DNA of 64,000 nucleotides, taken from contig CAVSGO010000007.1 of the NCBI GenBank assembly GCA_963727525.1, positions 1,696,001 to 1,760,000 of the forward strand, given 5' to 3'. Under the pieces are notes generated by a model. It made no database searches, had not been told where the DNA came from, and worked only from the letters and a program-made list of their open reading frames with translations. Position numbers and translations under genes: made by a program. The stretch is from an uncultured bacterium. Its GTDB lineage: Bacteria > Krumholzibacteriota > Krumholzibacteriia > LZORAL124-64-63. Positions 42,170 to 51,586 of this stretch are shown in pieces (position 1 is the stretch's first letter; every line of letters begins with the position of its first letter).

Positions 42170-43144
42170 TCACTTGAGTTGCGGCGGCAGCGCAAACCGG
42201 AAGCCCGCGGCGAGACCGTCACGCCAGTTGGTCCAGTTGTGGCCGGCCGGGCGCTCGATGTATTCCACCGGGAATTCTCGCTCCGTCAAAGCCTGGGCCA
42301 GGTTGCGATTGGGGCCGTGGAGCCATTCCAGGGTGCCGGTGCTGAGGTGGAAGCGGAGGGGGCGCCAGGATTCGGTCAGGACGCGGTTGCGCCAGAACTC
42401 TTGGCCGGTGAAGGGGGTGTCGAGTTGCTGGTCGGGGTAGAAGAGGAAGGCGCCGGACTGGGCAACCACGGTGGCAAACTTGAGGGGGTGTTGCCAGGCG
42501 AGGTTGGCGCTGCAGAGACCTCCGAGGCTGGCGCCCCAGGCTGTGCGTGCGTCGGTGGTGGGGGCTGCGGTTTCGATGGCGGGGATGGCTTCGTCGATCA
42601 CGAAGCGAAGGTAGTCGGGGTTGAAGAAGTATTCCTGGGTGCGGTTGGCCGGGGTGAGGAAGATGAGGCGGGCGGGCGCCACCAGATTGGCAGCGAGGAG
42701 GGCTTCGTAGAGCTGGGGGGCTTTGCCCCAGCCGAAGTAGGCCTTGCCGTCCTGGAACCATACCTGGGGCAGGGCATCGGTGCCGGTACCAGGCGGGGTA
42801 TAGATGAGGATATGTCTAGTATCGCCCAGGATCTTGGAAGGGAGGCGCAGCCTCGTGACTTTGCCGTGAAGGGTGTCCTTGGCGGCGAGCCAGAAGGGGT
42901 TCTGTTGGTACTTCGGGCCGGCTAGCCAGCGGGCGTAGTCCCACCAGGGGTTGTGCGGGGGGTTGGGGTTGGTGGGGTCGGGTCGTTTCCGCCCTTCATC
43001 GTCGAGCCAGGCGTATTCGAAGTAGGCATCGTCGGGGAGGTCGAAGGGGGTGACGTCGGCCACTGGTCGTGGCGACTTCATCCAGTCGTCGAGGTCGCTG
43101 ATAAGATGTGTGGCCCAGGGGGGTGGCCTCAGATTGATGCGCAT
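42170..43144 (-). CDS. Esterase (enterochelin esterase-like alpha/beta hydrolase)
   Basis: IYTPPG, FQDG, GASLGG, AQSG, GHNWTNWR. Confidence 0.85.
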   Translation of the reverse strand: MRINLRPPPWATHLISDLDDWMKSPRPVADVTPFDLPDDAYFEYAWLDDEGRKRPDPTNPNPPHNPWWDYARWLAGPKYQQNPFWLAAKDTLHGKVTRLRLPSKILGDTRHILIYTPPGTGTDALPQVWFQDGKAYFGWGKAPQLYEALLAANLVAPARLIFLTPANRTQEYFFNPDYLRFVIDEAIPAIETAAPTTDARTAWGASLGGLCSANLAWQHPLKFATVVAQSGAFLFYPDQQLDTPFTGQEFWRNRVLTESWRPLRFHLSTGTLEWLHGPNRNLAQALTEREFPVEYIERPAGHNWTNWRDGLAAGFRFALPPQLK

Positions 43145-43154
43145 GGGTCTCTCG

Positions 43155-43463
43155 TCACGTTTTGAGGTTTCGGCCGGTCTTCTGCTTGAGAGTGGTGACC
43201 TTGCTGTCGAGGCGGCCGGCGTCGGCTCTGCGGTAGTCGACCTTCAGGTTCACCGCGATGCGGTCGCAGTCATTCTGCATGCGCTCGAAGCACCGGGTCA
43301 CCACGGCCATGACCTCGTCCCACTCGCCCTCGAGGCAGGTGCCCATGGGGCCCAGGCGGTAGGGCAGACCGCTGTCGTCGATGATCTCGAGGGAGCGCTT
43401 CACGTACTCGCTCACGCTGGCGCCCTTGTCGGTGGGGAACATGGAGAACTCGAGCAGGACCAT
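43155..43463 (-). CDS. MTH1187/YkoF-family thiamine-binding protein
   Basis: EFSMFP...SVSEYV...SGLPYRLGPMGTCLEGEWDEV...KVDYR. Confidence 0.88.
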   Translation of the reverse strand: MVLLEFSMFPTDKGASVSEYVKRSLEIIDDSGLPYRLGPMGTCLEGEWDEVMAVVTRCFERMQNDCDRIAVNLKVDYRRADAGRLDSKVTTLKQKTGRNLKT

Positions 43464-43485
43464 GGGATCTTCTCCTGCAGGTGGC

Positions 43486-44403
43486 TCAATTGAGATGATA
43501 CCGCGGGCCGACCACCAGGTTCACTGCCTGCGGCACGATGCGCACCGCGACGGGCGTAGTGCCGATGGATTCGCCGTCGATCTGTACGGGGATGGGCGGA
43601 TCGGCGTCCACCCGCACCTCCCGTGCCTTGAAGTGCTTCATGCGGGGGGCGCGGCGGCTACGCCACGTGAGCATGCGCCCGAGGATCACGAGCACATCCC
43701 ACAGCGTGCGGCTGGAGATGATCGTCACGTCGAAGAGACCGTCGTGCGGATCGGTGTCGGGCGTGACGCGCAGGTGGAAATCGTTGATGCGGCCGATGTT
43801 CGTCAGGAGCACGGTGTTGGCGCGCCTGCGGTGGACGTTGCCGTCGGCCTTCACGGTGACGAACGACGTCTGCCGCCGGAAGAGGTTGCTGATCGCGGCC
43901 ACGACGTAGCTGCCCACGCCGAAGAAGTTCTTCAATCGCTTGGGTGCGTCCTTGATGATGGCGGCGGGATAGCCGATGGCCGTCATGAGGACGAAGTAAC
44001 GTTCGCGTTCGGGCAGGTAGCCCACGTCGAAGGAGCGCACCGGCCCGTCGAGGATGGCGTTCACCGCCGGTCCCGGCAACCACGGCAGCCCGAGCGCCAG
44101 CGGGATCACGTTGGCCGTGCCGCTCGAGATGTGCGCCAGTGGCACCTTCTGCTCGGAGTGCACCTGACCGACGACAGCTTCCTGCAGGGTACCATCGCCC
44201 CCGAGTACGCATACGAGATCGAAACCTTCGCTTCCCGCCGACCTTGCCCACCGCGTGGCATCGCCGCTGCTCCCGGTTTCGCGCAGCGTCACGCCCACGC
44301 CGCGTTTCTCGAGCAGGCGCTTCACGCGGCGCGCATAGCGCGGCGCGAATCCCTGGCCCGCAGTGGGATTGACGATGAGCAAGGCGTTGGTGTACGTCGG
44401 CAT
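43486..44403 (-). CDS. Diacylglycerol/lipid kinase family protein (YegS/BmrU)
   Basis: IVNPTAG, GGDGT, GTAN, DGLFDV, QIDGE. Confidence 0.9.
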   Translation of the reverse strand: MPTYTNALLIVNPTAGQGFAPRYARRVKRLLEKRGVGVTLRETGSSGDATRWARSAGSEGFDLVCVLGGDGTLQEAVVGQVHSEQKVPLAHISSGTANVIPLALGLPWLPGPAVNAILDGPVRSFDVGYLPERERYFVLMTAIGYPAAIIKDAPKRLKNFFGVGSYVVAAISNLFRRQTSFVTVKADGNVHRRRANTVLLTNIGRINDFHLRVTPDTDPHDGLFDVTIISSRTLWDVLVILGRMLTWRSRRAPRMKHFKAREVRVDADPPIPVQIDGESIGTTPVAVRIVPQAVNLVVGPRYHLN

Positions 44404-44521
44404 CGTGGGCAGCCGGCGGTGATGGTCTGCCGCACCGACGTGGTGCCGCACGAAACCGCCGTCGCCATCATACGCAAAGTGACCGGGATGACCAGCGCGG
44501 GTTGCGGTGTCCGCACGATTC

Positions 44522-44986
44522 TCAGGTGACGTCGCGATCCCAGGTGCCCAGCCACGAGCGGACGCGTACGGACACGCCCGGCTCCGTATCGAGGGGCTCG
44601 GGTCCGTCGGGACCGATCGGAACGATCCAGGCGCCGAGCCACTCGTCGTTCTCGCTGGCCGTGGCCACGGCGAGGCGCTCGGCCACGAAGTCGCGGATGA
44701 AGGCGAGGGCGCGATCGAGGAAGTGATCGCCCCCCTCGTCGCCCACCACGCCGAAGCGCGTGTGGAAGTTCTCGCCGAAACCGACGGACACCTCCCACTC
44801 GCTGGTCGTGATGAAGAGTCCGTTGCCCGAGGGGTCCATGGGGCGGGACACCTCCACCAGAAGCGCTTCCTTCTCGAATTCCTCGTAGGGATCGTAGCGC
44901 GCGTGAGGCATCCAGTCGGGAAATTCGCGAAACAGCCGCAGCGCGAACTCCTTGGAGTGGGCGTTCAACCGGGAGACATCCAGCAT
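44522..44986 (-). CDS. Hypothetical protein
   Basis: 154-aa ORF with GAGGTG RBS and host-like codon usage. Confidence 0.65.
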   Translation of the reverse strand: MLDVSRLNAHSKEFALRLFREFPDWMPHARYDPYEEFEKEALLVEVSRPMDPSGNGLFITTSEWEVSVGFGENFHTRFGVVGDEGGDHFLDRALAFIRDFVAERLAVATASENDEWLGAWIVPIGPDGPEPLDTEPGVSVRVRSWLGTWDRDVT

Positions 44987-45130
44987 GCATCACCTCGCGC
45001 GAGGACGGACGACCGGCGAGAATCCCTCCATACGTCACAACCCGCTGCAGGTTCCAGAACACACCGGCTCCTGCGAGTCGGCTGCGTCAAGGTACGTGCA
45101 AACGGGTGGAAGTGGAAAGGGTCTGGTATC

Positions 45131-46438
45131 TCAGGTCTGGAGCTGGCCCTCGCGGACCCGCCGGGCGAGCTGGGTGCGCTGGACGGCCATGACGTAGCGG
45201 CCGAGCAGGTCCATACCCTGGCGATCGGTGCCGCTGCGCACCTGGAACTCGATGCCGATCTGGGCCTGACGGCGGTTGCGAGCGCTCAGCACCACGGCCG
45301 CGCGACGTACGGCGCCGGTGATGAGGCAGGTGCGTTCGTGCCCGGGCAGCGTGAAGCGGAGCTGCACGAGGGTGCCGAACGGGCAACTCGCGGCCAGAGC
45401 CTCGTCGCCGAGCATACCGGCCCCGGAGAAGCTGAGGTCGACCACCGTGACCGGTTGCGCGTCGGTGGACGCGGCGACGGTGGTCTCGAATGCGGGTCCG
45501 ATGGTCGTGTTGGGCACGAGCACCGCGAGCCAGCCGGGCAGCGGTTCCTCGGGCGCCACGCGGAACTCGCGCCGGCGCTGTCCCAGGGTAAGGCACCGCG
45601 GCCGCGCCACGGCCAGACCGCCCACCACGAGGTCCTTGGCCAGCACGACGGGCTCGGAACCCTGGATCCGCGACTGGAAATGGAACACGCGCCCGCTCGT
45701 GCCGAATGACGCCTCGAGCATCTGTCCGGGCACCAGGGCGCGCCGCTCCTCCGGGCTGAGATCGAGGGAGAACACGAGGTCGCCGCCATCCTGGTCGCGA
45801 TTCTGCGTCTGCAGGATGCCGTGATGCGGGAAGGCCACGCCGTCGGGCCCCGGCAGCAGGATCTGCAGGTCGAGCTCGAGCTTGCGGACAGCGGTAAGGG
45901 CGGCGTCCACCTCGAAGGGCCGGCTCAACGACTCGCGGGTGGCAAGGTCGATGGGTAGGTAGCGGCTGGCCACGGCTTCCTCGTAGCCGCTCTCCTTGGC
46001 CGCCTCGAACTCGGCGCGCGAGCAGAGATCGGCCATGACGTACAGGGTGCCCTCCGCCGTACGCAGGCGGCAGACGTAGCTGCGAAGGCCGCGCAGGGCA
46101 TGGGTGCCGCCCGTGGCGGGCAGCACCTCGTAGCGGCCGATGGGGCGCTGAGTCGGCATACGGGCGACGAGGGCCTCGGTGAAGGCCTCCAGGAACGCGT
46201 CGAGGTGGCCGCCCCGGCCGTCGGGCCCCACGCCGAGATACCGCGCCAGCGCGGCGTCGCCCCCGACGTAGGCGGCGTGGACCGACCCGTTGCGCACGTG
46301 CACGGCGCCGATCATGGGCCAGGCGAAATCCCAGGCGCGCACCTGGGTCACACGAGCCTCGGCATCGGCCAGCCCGGCCACGTTGGCCAGGGCCGTACGT
46401 CCCGCGCGATAGAGTGCTGTCAGTGTTTCCTTGATCAT
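45131..46438 (-). CDS. PilZ-domain (YcgR-like) c-di-GMP effector
   Basis: QRRREFRV (RxxxR) and DLSFSG (DxSxxG), IGIEF. Confidence 0.8.
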   Translation of the reverse strand: MIKETLTALYRAGRTALANVAGLADAEARVTQVRAWDFAWPMIGAVHVRNGSVHAAYVGGDAALARYLGVGPDGRGGHLDAFLEAFTEALVARMPTQRPIGRYEVLPATGGTHALRGLRSYVCRLRTAEGTLYVMADLCSRAEFEAAKESGYEEAVASRYLPIDLATRESLSRPFEVDAALTAVRKLELDLQILLPGPDGVAFPHHGILQTQNRDQDGGDLVFSLDLSPEERRALVPGQMLEASFGTSGRVFHFQSRIQGSEPVVLAKDLVVGGLAVARPRCLTLGQRRREFRVAPEEPLPGWLAVLVPNTTIGPAFETTVAASTDAQPVTVVDLSFSGAGMLGDEALAASCPFGTLVQLRFTLPGHERTCLITGAVRRAAVVLSARNRRQAQIGIEFQVRSGTDRQGMDLLGRYVMAVQRTQLARRVREGQLQT

Positions 46439-46486
46439 CGACGGGTCTCCGCCCGGCGGCCCCGGCTCAGGGCCGTCCTGAGCGTG

Positions 46487-46513
46487 TCATCGGCAAGCCG
46501 GGAACCGACTTGA
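46487..46513 (-). promoter_or_regulatory. Sigma-28 (FliA)-like promoter for the PilZ gene
   Basis: Minus strand TCAAG-N14-GCCGATGA. Confidence 0.7.
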
Positions 46514-46569
46514 CGGGAAATCCCGTGACCATATGGGGCTTGACCGGTATCGTGCTCTTTCGAGGTATC

Positions 46570-48648
46570 ATGATGCCAGGAACCGATCACGACGCGATCG
46601 AGAACGCCGCCCGCAACGTCCGGCCGGGCGCGCCCGCGCCGCTAGGCGCCCATGCCCGCGAGGCGGGCGTGAACTTTTCCGTGCTGGCGCCACGGGCCCG
46701 GCGCGTCGATCTGCTGCTCTACGCCACCCCGGACGCACCCCAGCCGGTAGCCGTCGTGCCACTTGGCTCCACCCGTCACCGGACGGGCAGCTACTGGCAC
46801 GCCTTCGTTCCCGATCTCGGCCACGGCCTGACGTATGCCTACCGGGTGATCGCGGGCGCCGGCGATGAAGGCGACGGCCAGAAGGTGCTGCTCGACCCCT
46901 ACGCCCGCGCCGTCGCCAACCTGGAGCACTACGACCGACGCGCCGCCGCCCGCCCGGGCGACAACGGCCCGAACGCGCCACGCGCCGTGGTCGTGGACCT
47001 CGACCGCTACGACTGGGAAGGCGACCAGCCGCTCCCGCCGCCGGCCGGACGCGAGATCATCTACGAGATGCACGTGGGCGCCTTCACCCGGGCACCGTCA
47101 GCACCGGTTCCCGAGGCGCAGCGCGGCACCTACGCGGGGCTTGCCGCGCAGATCCCCTACCTGAAGAGCCTAGGCGTGACGGCTGTGGAACTGCTGCCGG
47201 TGCAGCTCTTCGACGAGCAGGACGCCCCGGCCGGCCGCACCAATCTATGGGGCTACAGCCCGCTGGCCTACTTCGCGCCGCATGCCGGCTACAGCGCCGC
47301 GACGAAGCCGGAAGGCGTCGTCGATGAGTTTCGCGACCTGGTGAAAGCTCTGCACCGCGCCGGCTTGCGCGTGATCGTCGACGTCGTCTATAACCACACT
47401 GCCGAGGGCGGCCGCGACGGCCCCATGCTGTCGTGGCGCGGTTTCGCCGACCGCGATTACTATCTGCACGACCGCGACGGCCGGCGCTACCACGACGTCA
47501 CCGGCTGCGGCAACACGCTCAGCGCCAACCATCCGGTGGCGTTGCGCCTCATCGTCGATTCCGTGCGCTACTGGGTCGAGGCCCTGCACGTGGATGGTTT
47601 TCGCTTCGATCTCGCCAGCGCCCTCACCCGCGACGAGTTCGGCGTGCCGCACCCGCGGCCCCCGGTGATCCGGATCCTGGAGACCGAGCCCGCGCTGGCC
47701 GGCACCACGCTCATCGGCGAGCCGTGGGACGCGGCCGGGCTCTATCAGGTGGGCAGCTTCCCCGCCACACGCTTCGCCACCTGGAATGGCCCGTTCCGTG
47801 ACGACGTACGTCGCTTCCTGCGGGGCGACAACGGCACGATCGAGACCCTCATGGCGCGCATCACCGGCAGCCGTGACCTCTTCGCGGCGGCCGCCGCGAA
47901 ACCCCTCGAATCGATCAACTTCGTGACCTGCCACGACGGCTTCACGCTGGCCGACCTCGTGAGCTACAATGTCAAGCACAACGAGGCCAACGGGGAGCAG
48001 AACCGCGACGGCAGCGACCAGAACCACGCCTGGAACTGCGGCGTCGAGGGTCCCACGTACTCGCCCACCATCGGCGAGGTGCGGCGCCGCCAGGTGCTCA
48101 ACGCGTTCTGCCTGGTGCTGCTGTCGCACGGCACCCCCATGCTCCTGATGGGCGACGAGGTGCGGCGCACGCAGCACGGCAACAACAATGCCTACTGCCA
48201 GGACAACCCCACGAGCTGGTTCGACTGGACCGCCCTGGAACGCCACGCCGACACGCTGCGCTTCGTGCGCGGCCTGGTGGCCTTCTCACAACGCATCGGC
48301 CTGCTGCATGAGAATCGATGGTGGCGGGCGACGAGCCACCTCGAGTCGGGGGACATCAGCTGGCACGGCGTCTCGCTCGGCAAGCCCGACTGGACGCCGT
48401 CGAGCCACAGCCTCGCCTACACCCTCGCCTCGGCCGGCAGCACGGCGCGCACGCACGTGATCGCGAACGCGTGGTGGCAGCCGCTCACCTTCGCCCTGCC
48501 GGGCCTGCCGGCGGGGCGGCGCTGGCACCGGGTGGTGGACACGTCGCGGCCGTCGCCCGACGACCTCACCGACGACGACGCTCCGATCGTCGCGGGCGAC
48601 ACCCTCACGGTGCCGTGGCACACGGTGATCGCACTGGAAGCGCGCTGA
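46570..48648 (+). CDS. glgX: Glycogen debranching enzyme (isoamylase, GH13)
   Basis: GVNFSV, LLDPYA, IYEMHV, WGYSP, DVVYNHT, DGFRFDLA, EPWD, NFVTCHDGFTL, GNNNAYCQDN. Confidence 0.95.
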   Translation: MMPGTDHDAIENAARNVRPGAPAPLGAHAREAGVNFSVLAPRARRVDLLLYATPDAPQPVAVVPLGSTRHRTGSYWHAFVPDLGHGLTYAYRVIAGAGDEGDGQKVLLDPYARAVANLEHYDRRAAARPGDNGPNAPRAVVVDLDRYDWEGDQPLPPPAGREIIYEMHVGAFTRAPSAPVPEAQRGTYAGLAAQIPYLKSLGVTAVELLPVQLFDEQDAPAGRTNLWGYSPLAYFAPHAGYSAATKPEGVVDEFRDLVKALHRAGLRVIVDVVYNHTAEGGRDGPMLSWRGFADRDYYLHDRDGRRYHDVTGCGNTLSANHPVALRLIVDSVRYWVEALHVDGFRFDLASALTRDEFGVPHPRPPVIRILETEPALAGTTLIGEPWDAAGLYQVGSFPATRFATWNGPFRDDVRRFLRGDNGTIETLMARITGSRDLFAAAAAKPLESINFVTCHDGFTLADLVSYNVKHNEANGEQNRDGSDQNHAWNCGVEGPTYSPTIGEVRRRQVLNAFCLVLLSHGTPMLLMGDEVRRTQHGNNNAYCQDNPTSWFDWTALERHADTLRFVRGLVAFSQRIGLLHENRWWRATSHLESGDISWHGVSLGKPDWTPSSHSLAYTLASAGSTARTHVIANAWWQPLTFALPGLPAGRRWHRVVDTSRPSPDDLTDDDAPIVAGDTLTVPWHTVIALEAR

Positions 48649-48650
48649 TC

Positions 48651-49901
48651 TCAGCTCGGGCCGAGCCGCTCGGCACGCTTGAGCAGGGCCTGCGCCATGG
48701 CCTCCTGGTCAGTGTAGGTGGATGCCACCCGCAGGTTCGCGATGGCGACCTGCCGCTGGCCCATCTCGATGGCGCAGTATCCGAGCATGAGGTAGCCTCG
48801 CCCGCGGTCAGGGTCCATCGCCACAACCTGCTGGTAGGACTGGGCGGCCGCGGCGTAGTCCCTGCGCAGGTAATGCACATCGCCCAGTAGCGACCACAGA
48901 CGTACCGTCGGCTCCTTCTTCAGCCCTCGCTCGAGAAACTGCATGGCGGTGTCCGGATCGTGGGCGGCGACGTAGGAGGACGCCACGCGCTCGTAGTCGG
49001 TGGCCTTCGCGCTGTCGCCAAGCGCGTCCTCGTACTGCTCACCCGCGAGGCGCGGCACGCCCACCACGCTGTAGAGGTCGCCGAGCGCCTTCTTCTCCTG
49101 CGCCGTGGCGTCGCGCAGGTAACCCACGATGGTGAGCGCGACGGCGGCGCGCTCGAAGTCCTGCCGGCCTGCCTCGAACTGATAGTCGAGATACCAGACC
49201 TCGGGATCGTCGGGGTTGGTCTTCAGCAGGTCGTCCATGGGTGCCTGGGCGAGTTCCGGCTCGCCCAGAGCCACCGCCGCGGACACGAACGCGCGGAACC
49301 AAGCGAGCTTCGGCGTGCCCCAGCGACCGGACACCAGTTCCTGCAACAGCGGCACCGCCCGGTCGGTCTGATTTGCTTGCAGGCGCGCCGCCGCGGCATA
49401 GTAGAGCACGTCGGCGGGCGGATCGGCGGACAGCCGGAATCCACGCTCGAACGCCGCGGCAGCCGCGGCGTAGTCCTGCAGCGCATAGGCCGCATCGCCG
49501 AGGCCGAGCCACGGCTTGGCGAAATTCGGCTGCAGCCGCGTCGCCGCCTCGAACTGCACGCGCGCGTCGGCCGGCTTATCGAGAGACGACAGGCACTGCC
49601 CAAGATGCAGACGCACGAGCATGTGGTCCTGGTCGGGATGGCCGCGCAGGTGGTCCTGCAGCATCGTTGCCGCCTCGCCGAAATCGCCGCGATTCTCCTT
49701 CGTGATCGCACGGAAGAGCATCTTGCGGAGCAGGCGCGGAACCTGGGACAGATCCTCGTAGTCGGTGACTTGAGTCGGCTGCGTGGGATCGAGCTGCGCC
49801 GGAACCGGCGCGTCCTCGGCAGCGCGACCGACTGCCACGGCGGCGACCATCACGGTGGCCGCCAGCAGGCACGCCGACGCTCGGGGCCAGGGCTGACGCA
49901 C
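48651..49901 (-). CDS. Exported TPR protein of the TonB operon
   Basis: Signal peptide and TPR repeats; last gene of the DUF3450-exbB-exbB-exbD-tonB series. Confidence 0.8.
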   Translation of the reverse strand: MRQPWPRASACLLAATVMVAAVAVGRAAEDAPVPAQLDPTQPTQVTDYEDLSQVPRLLRKMLFRAITKENRGDFGEAATMLQDHLRGHPDQDHMLVRLHLGQCLSSLDKPADARVQFEAATRLQPNFAKPWLGLGDAAYALQDYAAAAAAFERGFRLSADPPADVLYYAAAARLQANQTDRAVPLLQELVSGRWGTPKLAWFRAFVSAAVALGEPELAQAPMDDLLKTNPDDPEVWYLDYQFEAGRQDFERAAVALTIVGYLRDATAQEKKALGDLYSVVGVPRLAGEQYEDALGDSAKATDYERVASSYVAAHDPDTAMQFLERGLKKEPTVRLWSLLGDVHYLRRDYAAAAQSYQQVVAMDPDRGRGYLMLGYCAIEMGQRQVAIANLRVASTYTDQEAMAQALLKRAERLGPS

Positions 49902-49915
49902 GGGAGGCCTCCTCG

Positions 49916-50536
49916 CTAGTTCTGCAGATCGAAGCGGATCGTCGTCGTCACCCAGGCGGTAACCGGCTCGCCGCCGATCTTGCCGGGCTCGAACCTCCAG
50001 CCGGGCAAGGCCTTGCGCACGGCGTCGTCGAAGACTTCGGGCGGCCGCGACTTCAGCACGACCACCTGGCGCACCGTCCCCTCGTTCGTCACCAGGATCT
50101 TCACCGCCACCAGACCCTCGATACCGCGCTCGCGCGCGCGGCGCGGGTACTGCGGCGGTGTCTTCACCAGAGGCTGGGGCGCCTGATCGAGATCCACGGA
50201 GTCGAACACCACGTCCGCGGCGCGGGTGCGCGCGCCGGTGCCGCCGAGGTCGATGTTCACGCTCACGGCGGGGCCTGCGAAATCGCCCACGCTGGGCTGC
50301 AGCAGATCGGGGGCGAAATCCGGCTGCGGATCGGGCTTCGGCGGCTCGGGCTCCTTCGCCTCCTCGCGTTCCGGCGGCGCCGGCAGCACGAGTGTCACCA
50401 GGCTCACCGCCACCGCGTCCGGCTCCTCGGCGCGCGCCTTGTGCACCTGCGACAGCACGCTCGTCAGTCCGAAGAGCCCCAGATTCACGGCGATCGCGAG
50501 CAGGATCACCAGCAAACCGTTCCCGAGCTTGCGCAT
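49916..50536 (-). CDS. tonB: Energy transducer TonB
   Basis: N-terminal TM, Pro-rich linker, PQYPRRARERGIEG.V...FDDAV...WRFEPG. Confidence 0.9.
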   Translation of the reverse strand: MRKLGNGLLVILLAIAVNLGLFGLTSVLSQVHKARAEEPDAVAVSLVTLVLPAPPEREEAKEPEPPKPDPQPDFAPDLLQPSVGDFAGPAVSVNIDLGGTGARTRAADVVFDSVDLDQAPQPLVKTPPQYPRRARERGIEGLVAVKILVTNEGTVRQVVVLKSRPPEVFDDAVRKALPGWRFEPGKIGGEPVTAWVTTTIRFDLQN

Positions 50537-50537
50537 G

Positions 50538-50957
50538 CTATGCCTCCTGTTCGACGCGCTTGGCGGCGAGGCTCACGTTCTGGGCGCCGGCGAGTCGGCA
50601 CTGATCCATCACCTTCACCACGTCGCCCGTCTCGCTACCCTTGTCGGCCACGATCACCACGCCCGAGTCCGGGTCCTCCGCCAGCGCGCGTTCCACCAGG
50701 CCACGCACGCTGCGCACGTCCACCTTCTTGCCCTCCATCCACACGTCGCCGCCGGTGGACACGCCGATCATGATGCTGGCGTGCGCCTTCACCTCGGCCG
50801 TCGCGGCGGTGGAGCGTTGCACGTCGATGCCCGACTCCTTCACGAAACTGGTCGTGACCATGAAGAAGATGAGCAGCAGGAACACCATGTCGATCAGCGG
50901 CGCCATGTTGATCTCGGGCTTGTCGCCGCCGCGCAGGGTCTTGCGCACGTTGATCAT
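50538..50957 (-). CDS. exbD: ExbD/TolR
   Basis: INMAPLIDMVFLLLIFFMVTTSF, IVADK. Confidence 0.92.
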   Translation of the reverse strand: MINVRKTLRGGDKPEINMAPLIDMVFLLLIFFMVTTSFVKESGIDVQRSTAATAEVKAHASIMIGVSTGGDVWMEGKKVDVRSVRGLVERALAEDPDSGVVIVADKGSETGDVVKVMDQCRLAGAQNVSLAAKRVEQEA

Positions 50958-51586
50958 GCCGTCGCTCCCTTCGCACGCTGGCGTCCGGCCAGCTTGAGGT
51001 TGCGGTCCAGGAGATGGGCGAACTCGTCCAGCGAGGTCTCCAGCCGCCGGCAACGGCGAATGAGCAACCCGGTGAGGACCAGCCCGGGAATGGCCACGAG
51101 CAGCCCGGCCTCCGTGGTGATGAGCGCCACCGAGATGCCGCTGGCCATGGCCCGCGCGTTGCCGGTACCGAAGAGGGCGATCACGTTGAAGGTCTCGATC
51201 ATGCCGAGCACCGTGCCCAGCAGCCCCAGCAGCGGCGCCGAGGAGGCGAGCACCGCGATCACCGACAGGTTCTTGCGCAACAACGGTCGCTGATGCAGCA
51301 TGCACTGGCGCAGGATGTTGCGGTCCAGTTGGCTGTCGCCCGAGCGCGCCGCCAGGAACGCCCGCAGCAGGGCACGCCGCAGGCCGGGCCCGTCCAGCGC
51401 GACGTGCTCGCGGTCCAGGGCGCCGATCGCCGATCGCGGATCGATGTCCCCCCGGGACAGGCTCTTCAGGACCAGAAAGCGGTCGAGAATCAAGGCCCAC
51501 ATGGCGAACGAGCAGATGGCCAGTGGGATCATCACCCACCCGCCTTGCTGCACGTATTCCCACGTGCCCTCGAGGAAGCTCGTCAT
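50954..51586 (-). CDS. exbB: ExbB/TolQ/MotA proton channel protein
   Basis: APLLGLLGTV.GMI..F, GISVALITT.AGL.VAIP. Confidence 0.9.
   Translation of the reverse strand: MTSFLEGTWEYVQQGGWVMIPLAICSFAMWALILDRFLVLKSLSRGDIDPRSAIGALDREHVALDGPGLRRALLRAFLAARSGDSQLDRNILRQCMLHQRPLLRKNLSVIAVLASSAPLLGLLGTVLGMIETFNVIALFGTGNARAMASGISVALITTEAGLLVAIPGLVLTGLLIRRCRRLETSLDEFAHLLDRNLKLAGRQRAKGATA

Noticed and set aside
40940-42180. TGAGTT on both sides of the IS as a target-site duplication
   Set aside because: The right copy (42175-42180) is 6 nt away from the TIR and inside the esterase gene, so it is likely coincidental.
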